Assembly: GCF_009914755.1 (NCBI RefSeq)
Contig: NC_060929.1
Reading direction: 5' to 3' (one strand)
Length of the DNA stretch: 64,000 bases
Origin: the human T2T-CHM13v2.0 reference genome, Homo sapiens
The translations under genes and the position numbers were made by a program. Positions 24,241-39,102 of this stretch are shown here, piece after piece (position 1 is the first letter of the stretch; the number at the start of each line of letters is the position of its first letter). The notes below the pieces were generated by a model. It did not search any database. It was not told the origin of the DNA and saw nothing but the letters and a program-made list of their open reading frames with translations.

Positions 24241-26315
24241 GTGAGGTGCAGAATAATTTCTTCTATGACATTTAAAAAGTAACCTAGAATCATTCACCCA
24301 GAGAAGAGAATACTTCATGATAATTATACTAATTGCTTTTAGTTTTATGAAAACATTATCAGATGAAATAGGAAATACATATGATTACACATAAAATATT
24401 ACAATGCATGGAAAATTTATGGGATTTTTTTGTTCACTATCTTTCTTCCTACTTATTCTATGTGATTTTAAGGAATATAATTAAAATGGAAAAGAGCTAT
24501 AGGAAGAAAGATTTGGGCTCATGATGAAGATTAACTTTGTAATAAAGCAGAAAAAGACAAGAATGGAGATTTTATTATGTAGGAGTTGGGAGCCTATTGA
24601 TAGGGTGCCTAAAATAGGTCTTTAGGATGAATGTCATGGTATGGCCGGCCCTTCAAAAACGTGACTAGGCTTTTCTTAAACTCTTGATTTTTGACTAAAA
24701 AAACCCCCATTTTATTTCCCATGTGCCAAGAATCTTAGAAAGGACTTAATTTATTTAGTCTTCCCATATAGAAAGCAATATAATCCAGCATATTTTCCCA
24801 TAGCATTTGAGGCTTGGAGCACTAAAAATCTATTAGAAGGAAAGTTGAGATCATGACCATATAATTATCACAACAAACGTTTGTTGAACGCATATAATTA
24901 TGTGACACTTGCTCAGAGATTTGTTGCCTAATCTCATTTCATCTTCACAACAACCATATGAAATAGATGAAACCAGATAAAAAGCAAGAACAAAAAACAA
25001 AACTAAGGCCCAGAACAGTTGAGAATGACGGAAAAGTCAGGACAGGATATGGGACTTACAGATGAAGGAAAAGTTAATGTATTTCTTGTTGTGGGGTATA
25101 ATCACTTAGTGAAGTCTTTCAGCCTGTTTTTTGTTCTCCCTTACATTAATTTTTCAGTAGCAAGAAACTAATTCTGCCACTTAGTGGTCATCTTTGCTGC
25201 CTCCTCTGACAATTTTCCATTGGGGAAAGAAAATGCTGCTTAAATGTTTTAGTCAACTTAGACTCGTGATAAAGGTTAGATCGGTTTTCATATAAAGATG
25301 TATGAACAATCCCATAATTTTAGATCTATTTTAGTCAGTTTATTTCATAAGTATATAAATTCTTTATTGAAAAGAAATAACCTTTATCACCTCATGTTTT
25401 ATAGATATGTTAACAAAGGTGATTGATTTTTTTTGAGAATTATTCTACCCTCCATAGTTAGTTTTTGCACACTTTCATACCATGTGAAAACAGTCTTTTC
25501 AATTTTTAAAAAAGTTTTAGTTTGATCTATGTGCAAGTATTTTGTTGATTGGGACACATTAAAACATTTTCACAAATTATGTAATTTTTTTCTACATTTT
25601 GAACTATTTGTGTTATATATCCAATTATGCTGTAGATCCAATCCACCAAGCTCAATTTGCAACACTGTTAGTTATCCAAAATGTAACAGCTATCACTTTC
25701 ACTTCATTTCCATCATATGCCTAGTTTTGGAAGGAAAGTTTCCTTTCAATAATGACAATAATGATTATGTCAATCTCTTATAACAATTATATCAATTATT
25801 TTATTTTGTACCAGGTACTGTTCTAATTGCTTTACATGTAGCAACTCATTTAATGCTCTTAACATTCCAATAAGAAAGGTACTTTTATTACCTCTTCTAT
25901 TCCTCCTAAACACACACTTAAAGATGAGGAAGGCACAGAGAGGTTAAGGTACTTCTTGTCTTCCTTGCAGAATTTGGCTCCAGAGTCTTTCCTCTTAACC
26001 ACCATGCTATACTGCCTCTCAGAAGATAAATATTACCTCTCCATAAAGAGTAATCACACATGCAAAAGAATCAGCAAATAAGAAAGTACTATTGCAGTAC
26101 ATATACTGGGAAGTTAAACAGGTTTACTCCCTAATTCAGGGGCTTTCTCTTGCACACCATTCTCTTGAGGTAGAGTGAATCATAATTGTTTATTGTCTAA
26201 TAAAAGTATAAACTACTATGGGTGGATATTTGGCAGTGTTTGAGAATAGTCAAAACAATAAATGATCAAGCTATGAAAGTTAAGGATCTAGTCTACTATA
26301 TTAAGATCCATTTCT

Positions 26316-26711
<396 letters not shown>

Positions 26712-27304
26712 TCAGGAATGCTGATGCTGTGCCCTGACATTTTTCATTTCTTTATAATTCTTTACTTATCCTATTAGAATAAATGTTTTCTGTTTAATTT
26801 TCATGCCTGAAATAAATGAAGAACATTTTTAACCTGAACAAAAAGGGTCCTGATAAGAAGTGTCCAGAGTACCAATTTTATTTCACAATTATTCAAATTT
26901 TGAGGTTTATTTCATAAAAAGTGGAATGTTAACTTTTTGTAAGGAATTTTCCCCATATTTGGCTTTTATTAGATTTCTGTTGTTAGAGTATTAACTTATG
27001 CCATTTACTAATTTCAATTTACATTATTCATATCTCTGTTATTTCAAATAGAGAGTATAAGATCTCAATCATTCCAATTTACAAAACGAAAGCACATATA
27101 TTATCATATTTGAGCTTTGTCACCACCCAGCTATGGAGCAAGTGGTGGTTTTCTTGCACCCAATTAAGATTATTAAGTTGGGCCTCTGACTTTCCAGTTA
27201 TTTTTATTCCACTCTCCATGCTTTTATAATTTTATACATAGCAGAGTCAAATTTATCTGTGTGGAGATGTTGAATTATTCTCATATAATAGCTACATACA
27301 AGAT

Positions 27305-27625
<321 letters not shown>

Positions 27626-28019
27626 TGTTTATTCTATTTCTTAACAATAGCCACAACAGTACAAACCTCATCATTACTTGGGGAAAAGTTGACACAGTTT
27701 AAAATTTGCCTTCTTACTGACTCTTTTTTTTTTAAATAAGTGTTTCTACTAGGTGAAACTATCTTTTCATTGATCATTTAGAATTGAAAATGTGTTTTCA
27801 TCCATTATGTTTGATCAGCTGCCAAATCCTCTTAGATATTTCCAGTGGTATTAACATATTCCTCCTTCTCTCCACTCCTATTCTTACCCTCTTGCTTCAA
27901 ATCCACATCTCCCATTCCTGGTTTTTAATTTTTTTAAATCAATTTACTCCCAGAAATATGTTAGTTTCTCCAGGGATCAGACTTATTCTCTTCTCTATGT
28001 ATAAAGATATGTCTTTTTA

Positions 28020-28336
28020 AATTTATTTATTTATTTATTTTTGAGTCAGGTCTTACTTTGTTGCCCAGGCTGTAGTGTAGTGGTGCGATCAAAGCTCACT
28101 ACAACTTCGAACTCCTGGGCTCAAGTGATCCTCCCACCTAAGCCTCCCAAGTAGCTGGGACTACAGGCACACACCACCATGCCTGGCAATTTATTTTATT
28201 TTTTTATTTTGAATTTTTCTGTAGACACAGAGTTTTGCTATTGTGTCCAGGCTTGTCTTGAACTCCTGGGCTCAAGCACTCTTGCAGTGGCCTCCTAAAG
28301 TGTTGGAATTACAGGTGTGAGCCACCATACTTGGAC
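28020..28336 (-). mobile_element. AluJ (antisense)
   Basis: (TTTA)n tail, ctcctgggctcaagtgatcctcccacc (J-type). Confidence 0.9.
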
Positions 28337-28738
28337 AAAATATATATTTATTTCTTAGGTTAAGCATGTTTTTTCTCTTCTTTCTCAGACCCCTAAAGAC
28401 AAATCACAGGTAAGCAATATTCTCATTTCCTCCAGGAAGGCTTCTCATCTAAGCCTGCCTATGGAATCTTCCCACCTCTGATCTTTCCTAGCTTTTACAG
28501 ACCATGCTATGCAACACAACACACACGTATGTTTTTGATGATAAATATTTTCAGATCTGCTATAATGATGGGACAATTCTGATTGATGACGGAAGCTTTG
28601 TAAATACTTACTGATTTACTACTATGTGTTATCACTTTTGTTTTTACTTTTTACTCTACGTTACATATTCCTCATAATAGGAAAAGATGCAGGAAGGATA
28701 GAAAACTACTCTGAGAAAATATTTTCTTCATTTCCCAG

Positions 28739-28866
28739 GAAATCTGCAGTGAATTTCGGGACCAAGTGAGGAATGGAACACTTATATGCACCAGGGAGCA
28801 TAATCCTGTCCGTGGCCCAGATGGCAAAATGCATGGAAACAAGTGTGCCATGTGTGCCAGTGTGTT
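28739..28866 (+). CDS. SPINK5: SPINK5 exon 17, domain 8 (128 nt)
   Basis: tcccag|GAAATCTGC...GTGTT|gtgagt; EICSEFRDQVRNGTLICTREHNPVRGPDGKMHGNKCAMCASV. Confidence 0.98.
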
Positions 28867-30454
28867 GTGAGTGTCCACCCCATCTCTCCCACTGAATTTC
28901 TTCATCCATGATCGCCCCTGAGTCTCAGATCCTTCATGCATGTGTAGAGTATAGACCGTGAGTTATATATTAGAAAGGTTTACAAGCAGATGGATAAGAC
29001 ATTAAGTAATATTGAATCATATAGTGACAATACTATTATTTATTCAATTATCCTTCTATTTTCCAATTAAGTCAAGGGAAAAAGCTCAATTTAATGGTTT
29101 TTTTTTAACACTTGATAATCTTCATTTGTGAAAAAGAGAGAGCAGAAATTTCATGATTTGGATTGGATGATCTTTTTGATGTCTTTCCCACTCCTGACAT
29201 TTTATGATTTGTTAGTCTATTCAGATAGGAGCTAAGGAGAAGCCAGCTGGATGGAGGTCTGTGGGGTCAGTACATAAAGACTATTAAAATAGCCTGAACA
29301 ATAAATGGAATAGGAAGGATTGTTATTTATCCTTTCAAGGACATTACTATATAATGCAAACATTCATAAGTGGTTTAGTGTGGAGTAAAACCTTTAGGAA
29401 ACAGGCTCATACCCTAAATGTTTACTAAAATGTCTCCTTGTTAAGCCAGGTTCATGGCCTTCTAAGGTCTTTGTTTTGCTGAGTGGTGTAGGTAAGCCTG
29501 TGACTACAGCTCCATCGTGTGGGACAATATAGAGGTTAATTATTATCACTTCTAATTCTCCTTTTTAGGCTCTTAATCTGCTCCTGAACTTAACCCTAAA
29601 ATAAATGCCGAGAAAAACGCTTATTTAAATAATACCTGCTGAGGTGCAAAGTTAATGTCTCCTAACTTTCACATGTCTTGATCCAACCTTAAGTGGATGC
29701 ATACAATTCCCTAAAAGGAGAGGTTGACAGAGTAGAGCACTAGAAGAAAAGTGGCCTGAAATTCAAGAAGCCAGGGTTTTTCTCTCACCCGTTCAATTTG
29801 CTGGTGTTGTGGTAATGACTAAATGTAGTAAATGCTAAGGATTTTCCAGCATTAACATGCTATATGTCAGTAGAAAATGGCAAGAATACCAGAATATTAG
29901 GCTTGTGTTCAACCCCCAAAGATTAGCAGTTGAATCTAACTGGACTTAAATCACTACTGCAATCTAAACCTTGAATTTCAACTTCAATATTAGCTCCATT
30001 GAAATAATATTTAAAATTTTTAGTTTAAAGTAAAACATGGTTTATTATGATTTTGAGCCCATCATCTGACTTAGCATCACCCTTTGCCTTTATCACGGAT
30101 ATGGTAGTTACTTGGAGAGGAAAGGTTTAAGCAGTGAAATAAAATCAAGACAATTGTAGCTTTATTCGGAATGTTAATTAAAATTAGCGACGTACAAAAA
30201 ATAAGATCACCTGAGGGCCACAGACTGATAAAGATGCATGCTTGTTTTGTAATTATTCTTCTTTAGAGGGGGAATGTAAACAGCTAAGTTTATCTGTACT
30301 ATTGGTTAAAGCAAAAGCACCTCTCAGACTAGATAAATTTGTATTGAAGACTGAATCTGACTGTTGGTTTGGAAGATCCTCATTCCTTTTAAAAATGTAC
30401 TACCAAAAAGAGTAGGGAATCATATTCAGCCTATATCTTCTTTTTCTATTACAG

Positions 30455-30539
30455 CAAACTTGAAGAAGAAGAGAAGAAAAATGATAAAGAAGAAAAAGGG
30501 AAAGTCGAGGCTGAAAAAGTTAAGAGAGAAGCAGTTCAG
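30455..30539 (+). CDS. SPINK5: SPINK5 exon 18, linker (85 nt)
   Basis: ttacag|CAAACTT...GTTCAG|gtagtt; KLEEEEKKNDKEEKGKVEAEKVKREAVQ. Confidence 0.97.
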
Positions 30540-32296
30540 GTAGTTGTTTGAGATCATCAGAGCCACATAAATATTCAACGATCACTCTCCCTAGGGAGGG
30601 CTCCTATTCCCTCCTCCTCATTCCAGTATTCTTAGTTTCTTTGCAAACTGGGAAAATGTGTTTGGATCCCCATATACAAGAGTACTCCCCTTTCCTTATT
30701 CAATTTATTCACATTAAATCTATTAATTGCTCGTGCAGGAGAGAGATCAATCACCATTTTCTCCCCTGATTGTGTCAATTATATTACCTAAGAAAGAAGT
30801 ATATATAGATTGTTATCTTACTGTCTGAATGCAGACTAATAGAGACAGATGTTCAGATTTTTCTCAAGTACATTTTTGAATATGAATATTTACCTTAAAA
30901 ACAGCAACAACTAGGGATCCCACTTAATTATCTGTGAGATTTTGAGGAGATAAAAGCATCTCTGAGTCTTGAGTTTGCATTCTTTAACATCTCACATGAT
31001 GGTGATAACAATGATAATTGTACATTCGTTGCTACTGTATGCATCATGGCATAAAGTTTTATGACTGATATTTGTAGTAGCCATTGAAGGGACATATTAT
31101 TATCTGTGTTTTATAGAAGAGGACTTGGAAGCTGACATAAGAAGTTAAGAAATATATTTAATTAGTTACATATAATACAATTATATACTGATATATTATT
31201 TACTATATATTAACATAAATATTATATGATACAAATAATATCATATATAATTATAATTATATGTAGTTAGTAACTTGAGAACCAAGAATTGAACCAAAAG
31301 TTCTGGCTTTAAGGCCCATGATGCACTTTAGATTTTACACGCTTCTGCCATTTGTATTATTCCTGCAGACTATGCCTTAGGTCCTCATTATTCTTTTCTT
31401 TTGTCCTTCTGTGATTTAGAAGAGCTCATTTCTACTGCTCTTACCTTTGCTCTCTACAATCTACTCTCAACTCTTAAGCCAAAGTAATTATTTAAAACCA
31501 TAAGGCAGGTCGTGCTACCCAGTGGCTTCTCACCTCACTCAAAGTAAAAATCAAGGTCCTTGTAGTGTCTGGAAGTGCCATACATGGTCTGATCCCTGCC
31601 ACTTTTCATAGGTCACATTTCCTATTATTCTACATTGTTCTCCATGCACCAATTATACTGGCCACCTTTTGGTTTCTGGGACATCCCAAGCATTGATTCA
31701 TGGCTTTCTATCACGTGGTCACAAAAACAATGTGGTTAAAAAACTGGACTCTAGGCTCAGACTGTCAGGGTTCAAATCCTTGCTTCATTTCCCTACCAGT
31801 AAGGTCCTACAGTTAACATCTTCATATATTAGCTTTCTCACTTATAAGATAAGGACATTATTATTACGTATATTATTTTTATGAAGTCCCAAGAAACTTA
31901 TTAATGTATAACAGCACAGTGTCACACATATCTTAAGTAGTCACTCTTTAATATTATATTTATTGCTGTTAATGTCATTATTGGTCTAATCTCATTGTCC
32001 AGTGGGGTGTTCCATACTGGAGAGTTCACCAATTCTTCAACATACAATGAACTTTACCTTCTATATGCCATTACTCACAGTCAGAATATCCCTCTTGTCT
32101 ACCAAAATTCTGGCCACTTTTCATGGCTCAGACTGTGTGTTAACTGCTCCCTAAATATTTTCCCATGTGTGCAATATACTTAATAACTCTATCACTTGTT
32201 ATGCCAACAATTTAAAAAGTATTTTAGTTATATTATTCATTGTATTATAACTTATAGTTGCCTCTATGTGTTTTCTTCAAAGAAATTAAAAACTCT

Positions 32297-33180
32297 GTGC
32301 TAGTTTTCTATGGTTGCGATAACAAATTAGCACACTTTAGTGGCTTAAAACAACATAAACTTCTCATTGTTCAACTCCCACTTATGAGAACACATGGACA
32401 CAGGGAGGGGAACATCACACACCGGGGCCTGTTTGGGGACTGGGGGAAAGGGGAGGGAGAGCATGCAAATATCTAATATTAGCCCCCTCATGCAAATATC
32501 TAATGCATGCAAATATCTAATATTATTAGCCCCCTCATGCAAATATCTAATGCATGAGGGGGCTAAAAACCTAGGTGACGGGTTGATAGGTGCAGCAAAC
32601 CACCATGGCACATGTATACCTATGTAACAAACCTGCATGCTCTGAACATGTATCCCAGAACTTAAAGTAAAATAAAACAAAATAAAATAAAATAAAAAAC
32701 AATGAAAACAACAACAATAACATAAACTTCTTATCTTATTTCATAGGTTAGAAGGCTAAAAAGGATCTCACTGGGCTAAAATCAAAGGGTTGGCAGAGCT
32801 GTATTCCTTTTCTGGAGTTTGCAGGCGACAATCCATCTCTTTTTCTCCAAATCTAGAGGCCGTCCATGTTCCTTGGTTCTTGGACCCCCCTTCTCTGTCT
32901 ACAAAGCCAGCAATGTTATATCTCTCTGACTGTTCTTCTGTGGTTACATCTCCCTCTCACTCTGTCTTCCATCTCGCTCTTGCAGTTTTAAGGACTGATC
33001 CTTGTGATTGAGCCTTACACTGAGCCCATTATGGCAATACAGGATAATCTCTTCATTTCAAGGTTATTAACTTAATTATATCTGAAAAGCCCTTTTTGCC
33101 ATGTAAGGCAGCATATTCTCAGGTCTCAAGTATTAAGACTTAGACGTATTTGGTGGAACGGTATTATTCTGTATACCACA
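32297..33180 (-). mobile_element. MaLR LTR (MLT1-like), split by an L1PA insertion
   Basis: tagtggcttaaaacaacataaa|L1|ttatctta...gggctaaaatcaaagggttggcagagctg...ggtattattctgtataccaca. Confidence 0.75.
32365..32718 (+). mobile_element. 5'-truncated, 5'-inverted L1PA 3' end with an internal rearrangement
   Basis: TSD AACATAAACTTCT at 32352-32364 and 32719-32731; the first 24 nt are the reverse complement of L1 ctcataagtgggagttgaacaatg (twin-priming signature); ends tatcccagaacttaaagtaaaataaaa. Confidence 0.9.
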
Positions 33181-33469
33181 GATTCCTTTACCAATTTAAG
33201 AGGCCATACATTTTTCTTCTCTGTATCTTTCACAGTGCCTAGTGCAGAATAATATTTGACCTGAAGGTTTTCTAATGAGATAAATAACAGCAATCCATGT
33301 TCCAAATGTGTGACCTAGTTCTCTGAAAAGCATTTTGGTTACTATCAACCTTCAGCATCACCTTTTCCATGCAATCATTATGTTTTAGTTTTTAAAGCAG
33401 TATTGTGGAGGAAGATTTCTAGTGTTTAGTTATTGGACTCTTAAAACCTGCTTCTGCTTCATTTGGCAG

Positions 33470-33597
33470 GAGCTGTGCAGTGAATATCGTCATTATGTGA
33501 GGAATGGACGACTCCCCTGTACCAGAGAGAATGATCCTATTGAGGGTCTAGATGGGAAAATCCACGGCAACACCTGCTCCATGTGTGAAGCCTTCTT
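33470..33597 (+). CDS. SPINK5: SPINK5 exon 19, domain 9 (128 nt)
   Basis: tggcag|GAGCTGTGC...TTCTT|gtgagt; ELCSEYRHYVRNGRLPCTRENDPIEGLDGKIHGNTCSMCEAF. Confidence 0.98.
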
Positions 33598-34094
33598 GTG
33601 AGTGGGCGGCAGCCACTGCTGCTACTGAGTGTGGGAGAAGATCAGCATCGGGTGGGCAAGAGGGGTGACATTGGAAGTTTTCTCCAGGAGATAGATAATA
33701 AAGGCTGTCTTTGCACTGAGTTTGGAAATTTACTATTATAAAGCCATATATTCAGCCCATTTATTTCTGGTGTTCTTCAATAGTCTGAGAGGTACTTGAA
33801 TCACCATCAAGAAAGGACCATGTGCTAAGAGCAAAATTACACTGGAGTTAATGGCATAAAAGGATTAGGACTTCTGTTCTCTGCAAGCATAGGTCACTGT
33901 CAAATAATCCAAAGGTGTAATCATTAGGTGCTAATAAATTGAAAATGAGTTAACATCTAATTGATATCTTAGTTTATTTCTGGGGAGAAGAACAATATCT
34001 TTATTTTTCAAAAGAGATATAGTCATAAAAGTTTCTTCACTGGTTTGCTATGGCATGTGCGTCTTATTCTTTAAACAACCTTAAGAACAAGAAC

Positions 34095-34402
<308 letters not shown>

Positions 34403-34569
34403 AGGACAAGAACAATGATGTAGAGAGATGTGTGTTTACCTTTCCACTCCAAAGCTAAGTTGGTGGAGGTATAGAAGTAATGGACCATTTTTATGTAGAG
34501 ACATTTCTCCTTTAGGGTAGTATGTATTGGGTGCTAGGAATGATTGTTTTGTCCTCCCTTTTCTTATAG

Positions 34570-34636
34570 CCAGCAAGAAGCAAAAGAAAAAGAAAGAGCT
34601 GAACCCAGAGCAAAAGTCAAAAGAGAAGCTGAAAAG
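34570..34636 (+). CDS. SPINK5: SPINK5 exon 20, linker (67 nt)
   Basis: ttatag|CCAGCAA...GAAAAG|gtagta; QQEAKEKERAEPRAKVKREAEK. Confidence 0.97.
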
Positions 34637-34754
34637 GTAGTAATCCTGAATGTTTATACTGCAATGAAAGGATGAGATTTTGCAGTATCTCTGTAAAAAT
34701 AACTATGGAATTACTGAAACCCCAGTTGTGAGGGAACTAGGGGTTCATTTAGTC

Positions 34755-34975
34755 CAGGGGTTGAGAAACTTTTTCTTAACAGAACAGATAGCAGATATTT
34801 CTGTTTTTGTGGCCATAGAATCTCTGTCACAACTACTCCACTTGGCTGTTGTGACTGTAAAACAGCCCTAGACTGTATACAAACATATGGGCATGGCTGA
34901 CTCCAATACAATTTTATTTATAAAAACAAACGGCTGGCCAGATGTTGCTCACAGGTCACAGTTTGCAAACCCCTG
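34755..34975. mobile_element. MER58-like non-autonomous hAT DNA transposon
   Basis: Terminal inverted repeats CAGGGGTT...AACCCCTG; 8-bp TSD atttagtc/atttattc; 221 bp. Confidence 0.85.
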
Positions 34976-36063
34976 ATTTATTCTGTTCCCATATATTAAT
35001 ATTAAGATTTAAAATTCAGAGAAAAAGAAGAACTTGCATGTAAAGTTAATGGGAGTATGAGTATCAGTACCAATAGCTTCATATTTCAAAGTTCTGGAAC
35101 AATAGAATTCAATCCTAGACTTCCTGATACCACAGCCAGCCTTCTTTCTAGTACACTATTTGTTTTTGGATTACCACATTTGGTCAACACATGTGTTCCT
35201 TGCTTTACCTGTGGTTATATTTTGGTGCCAGCATTTAGGAAAAAGATTAAAAAGTAGCATCCCCAAATAATATTTTCTTGGATTCAAAAAGGCTGGCTCC
35301 AAGTAGTTTATTCCAAGTTGTGGTCATTTCCCTGCCCCCATCAAAGACTATTGAGATTAAAAATAACCTCTAAAGAAGTATCGCCCTGGAACTCTGTATG
35401 TTTGGCTTGTTTACAGTTGTATTGCACAGTTGTAATAATTCTAAATTTAAAAATAATAGCAGTTCATATGAAAAATAGATTCACTCTTCAACATCTACAA
35501 GAGAAAATTCTTCAGTATGAGCTAATTTCTGATTTCACATTACTACTACAGACAAACTCTCCTCTCATTATTTTTTCTTTTGCTAAATATAACTAGTTAG
35601 GGGATCTGGCAATGAACCTTTAAGCAGAGCTAGGAGAAAAATTCCCTCTTTCATCCTCATTGAATTTCAACTTGAACTAAAGAATTCAGAATAAAATACA
35701 AAATCAATTGTAATTGCCATTTGTAATTAACTCTTTGAACTTCAGTGATTGCTTATTCTGTCTCAATTTCTCACGTAACCCTAAACAAGGAGTGTGCCCA
35801 GTCATCAGAGAACTAAGTTTATTGAGAGTCTTGTGTATGGTTGCAGGTTTAGTCTGGATTTTGGGGCTATCAAGGAAAAAGAAATACAGCCACCTTCTTA
35901 AGTCCTTTGTGTTTAATATAAATTGAACACTATAACTGCCAGAAAAAAAATTCTCAGGTCATTTTCTCTCTCTTTTTTTTTTTTCTATAAAGCACTTAGT
36001 AGGAACCCAGTAAACTAATTTCCCAGAAGATACTCAAGCTTTCTCCTTTTCTTTTCCTTTTAG

Positions 36064-36191
36064 GAGACATGCGATGAATTTCGGAGACTTTTGCAAAATG
36101 GAAAACTTTTCTGCACAAGAGAAAATGATCCTGTGCGTGGCCCAGATGGCAAGACCCATGGCAACAAGTGTGCCATGTGTAAGGCAGTCTT
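36064..36191 (+). CDS. SPINK5: SPINK5 exon 21, domain 10 (128 nt)
   Basis: tttag|GAGACATGC...GTCTT|gtgagt; ETCDEFRRLLQNGKLFCTRENDPVRGPDGKTHGNKCAMCKAV. Confidence 0.98.
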
Positions 36192-37524
36192 GTGAGTGCA
36201 CAAAGAAAACCACTACTGTGGGATGGTGGAATTGGGGAAGCAATGAGCCAGGCAAATAATATGTATTGTGTTTGTCCTTTCCTTACATGTAATAGAAACA
36301 GAAGGTTATCTGTAAAGCATTTGAAATAAATCTTTTCTTTATAATGGCCAAGATTCACAGTTCTAGAAATAAAATAAATACAACTAAGCTATTACATTCT
36401 CTGTTAGTTCTGGGGTAGACCCTGCCAGTAGATCACACTTCCTTGATAAAATTCTTAAGTTATTTGCTATCAAGTGGATCCTTTCTCTGGATTATCTCGC
36501 AACTCATGTTGGAAAGAAAACACACAGATTTTAATGTCAAAGTCCTTACCTACATTGTTGAAAATAACACATTTTCAGAAAATGAAAAGTAGGTCTTTAC
36601 ACAAAGTTTGGAAGTACACCTAGAATATTTAAGTCCTTCAATAGCATTTACCAAACATCTACAATGTACAATGTGTATAATGTGTATAATGATTATACAA
36701 AGGTGAATGAAATAGATAATCTTCTCAGAAATCATATAGTCCACTGATATTAGTCACAGACGTAAGGTAATATAATACAAAGGAGGGACTGTTGAATGAA
36801 AAATTTGTCTGTGGTATGTTACAGTACTTCAAGAAAGGGATAATTAATAGAAAGTTTTATGGTGGGATAAAACTAGACCTTATAATTTGGATAAAATGTG
36901 GACATGACAGAAAGTAATGAGAGGAGAAGAAGGGAACAGCAAGAGTAAGGATCTAAAATTAGGAAAAAAACAAGTCATTTAGTTTAGTCAGAACTTACCA
37001 ACTTTATCAACCTTGAATGCACACCAGAGATTTCGAGGTCAATTCTACATGTAATGGGAAGCTGCAAAAGTTGTTCAGATAGGACAGTAAGTGGCATAAA
37101 TATTGTTCCTTTAGGAAGATTCATTTGTTAGCAGTAAACAGGAGAAAAAGAGAAAGAAAGTACTAAACTTAAGAATTGCTACTCATGTAGAGGGAGGAGC
37201 TGCAATAAATAACCCAGGAAGAGGCAGCTACGCAGAGCAAGGAGGTAGGCTAGAAGGCGAGTGGATCAAGGTGGGGGATGCTGTGAAGGTGAAGTCAATG
37301 TCATGTGGTGACAGCTATGCAAGCTGAAGGACAGTAAGCAATTAGAGATGATTCCACTGTTTTGTGTTTGTTTTTTTGTGAAAGGTAGAAAATCCAGGAG
37401 AAAGAATACATTTGGTAGAGAAGATAATGATTTTGGGGCCTCTTGAACATTAGGTATTGGCGATAAACACAGCTGGAGATCCCCAGTGAACATTTATGAA
37501 GTGTTAGTTAATTGCTCACCTTGT

Positions 37525-37821
37525 CTTTTTTTTTTTTTTTTCTTATGGAGTCCCACTCTGTCGTCCACACTGAAGTGCAGTGGTGTGATCTCAGCTCACT
37601 GTAACTTCTGCCTCCTGGGTTCAAGTGATTCTCCTGCCCCAGCCTCCCTAGTAGCTGGGGTTACAGGCATGTACCACCACGCCTGGCTAATTCTTGTATT
37701 TTTAGTAGAGACAGTGTTTTGCCATGTTGGCCAGACTGGTCTCGAACTCCTGACCTCAGGGATCCACTCACCTCAGCCTTCCAAAGTGCTGAGATTACAG
37801 GTGCAAACCAACACACCCAGC
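37525..37821 (-). mobile_element. AluS (antisense)
   Basis: Alu dimer flanked by the direct repeat ctcaccttgtctt. Confidence 0.92.
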
Positions 37822-38071
37822 TTTACTCACCTTGTCTTGTTTATGGTGATATATATGTGGTGTTCTTTTATTTTAATGAGACCCTTCCTGGCAAAGGACT
37901 CCATATAATTTATATTTTTATTTTTAGAGAAGGCCTGCAGCATAGTAGATGTTAACTCAATGCTCGATAATTCTGTACATATGTGATTTGTTCATATAAT
38001 GAGAAACTCAAAGAAATGCACACCACTCTCTGTAATCTATTGTTCCCTACCTCCCACTTTCTAATTTCCAG

Positions 38072-38168
38072 CCAGAAAGAAAATGAGGAAAGAAAGAGGA
38101 AAGAAGAGGAAGATCAGAGAAATGCTGCAGGACATGGTTCCAGTGGTGGTGGAGGAGGAAACACTCAG
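38072..38168 (+). CDS. SPINK5: SPINK5 exon 22, linker (97 nt) with a Gly/Ser tract
   Basis: ttccag|CCAGAAA...ACTCAG|gtgaga; QKENEERKRKEEEDQRNAAGHGSSGGGGGNTQ. Confidence 0.97.
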
Positions 38169-39102
38169 GTGAGAGCAACCTCTAATTTCAGTAACTGGGG
38201 CGGGCTCAACTCCTTGACAATAGGACTGTGAATAGCGTATATAGTCTATGGTAAAGGCAGTGCTAAGTCCTTGAGAGAACAGAGAAGTTTCTCCTTAAGG
38301 TTGCAGGGTAAGATATCAGCACATTTTCACTGCTCTGGGGTTCATTTGGATTTCTTTACACCTTGAAATAATTAACAATATGTAATGACCTTATCCCAGT
38401 CTCCTGAGCCCTCTTTATGGTAATCTAGACCTCATATCAATAATCGTTCTCATCAGTATCACATGCTCTTCATTTTCTTTCATTATTCTTTCTTGCCTTG
38501 GACAGAGCCACTTTTTTTAGGTGTCTTTTCTGTTGATCCAAGGCAGCATGATAGGACAAAAGAGCACAGGCTTTGGAGTCAGATTGGGTTATGATTCTGC
38601 TCCTACTACCTGGACTTGTGAGACATTGAGTAAATTACTTCCTCTCACTGAATTCTACTTTCCCTGATTTAGCAGTACTCTTCCAGGGATAAAAGAAAAT
38701 AATTTAGGCAAAGGTTTAGCATGTTTCTTGAGGCATTTTTAAGTGTCAGCATGGCAATGTTGCACATAAGGTCACTCCTTGGGTCTCTGAACACAGTTTC
38801 ATAAAATTGCAGTCGCCTTATTTATCTTTTTACAACCTTGGAATATCAAAACCATGTCTTCACTTCCAGATCTGACAAAGGCCCAATATTTACCTTTGAT
38901 AAACTCTGGCTATTCTGTTTTTTTCCCATCTTTTTTGCTTTAGGAGGCTGAGTTCTCCCTTTTAAGGAATAGCCCTGTTGATTAGAATTGTCTGATAGAC
39001 ATTTTGTGTGTCTTGTTCATAACTTGGTCAAACCTACCTTCCTTGACATTTTGCATAACTTTGGGTTTTCCTCCAGCATTTTTCTCTCTCTTCTATCTGC
39101 AC

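Noticed and set aside
25160-25173. GCAAGAAACTAATT as a third copy of the intron 7/11 block
   Set aside because: Only 14 nt with an indel and no extension; compatible with chance in AT-rich DNA
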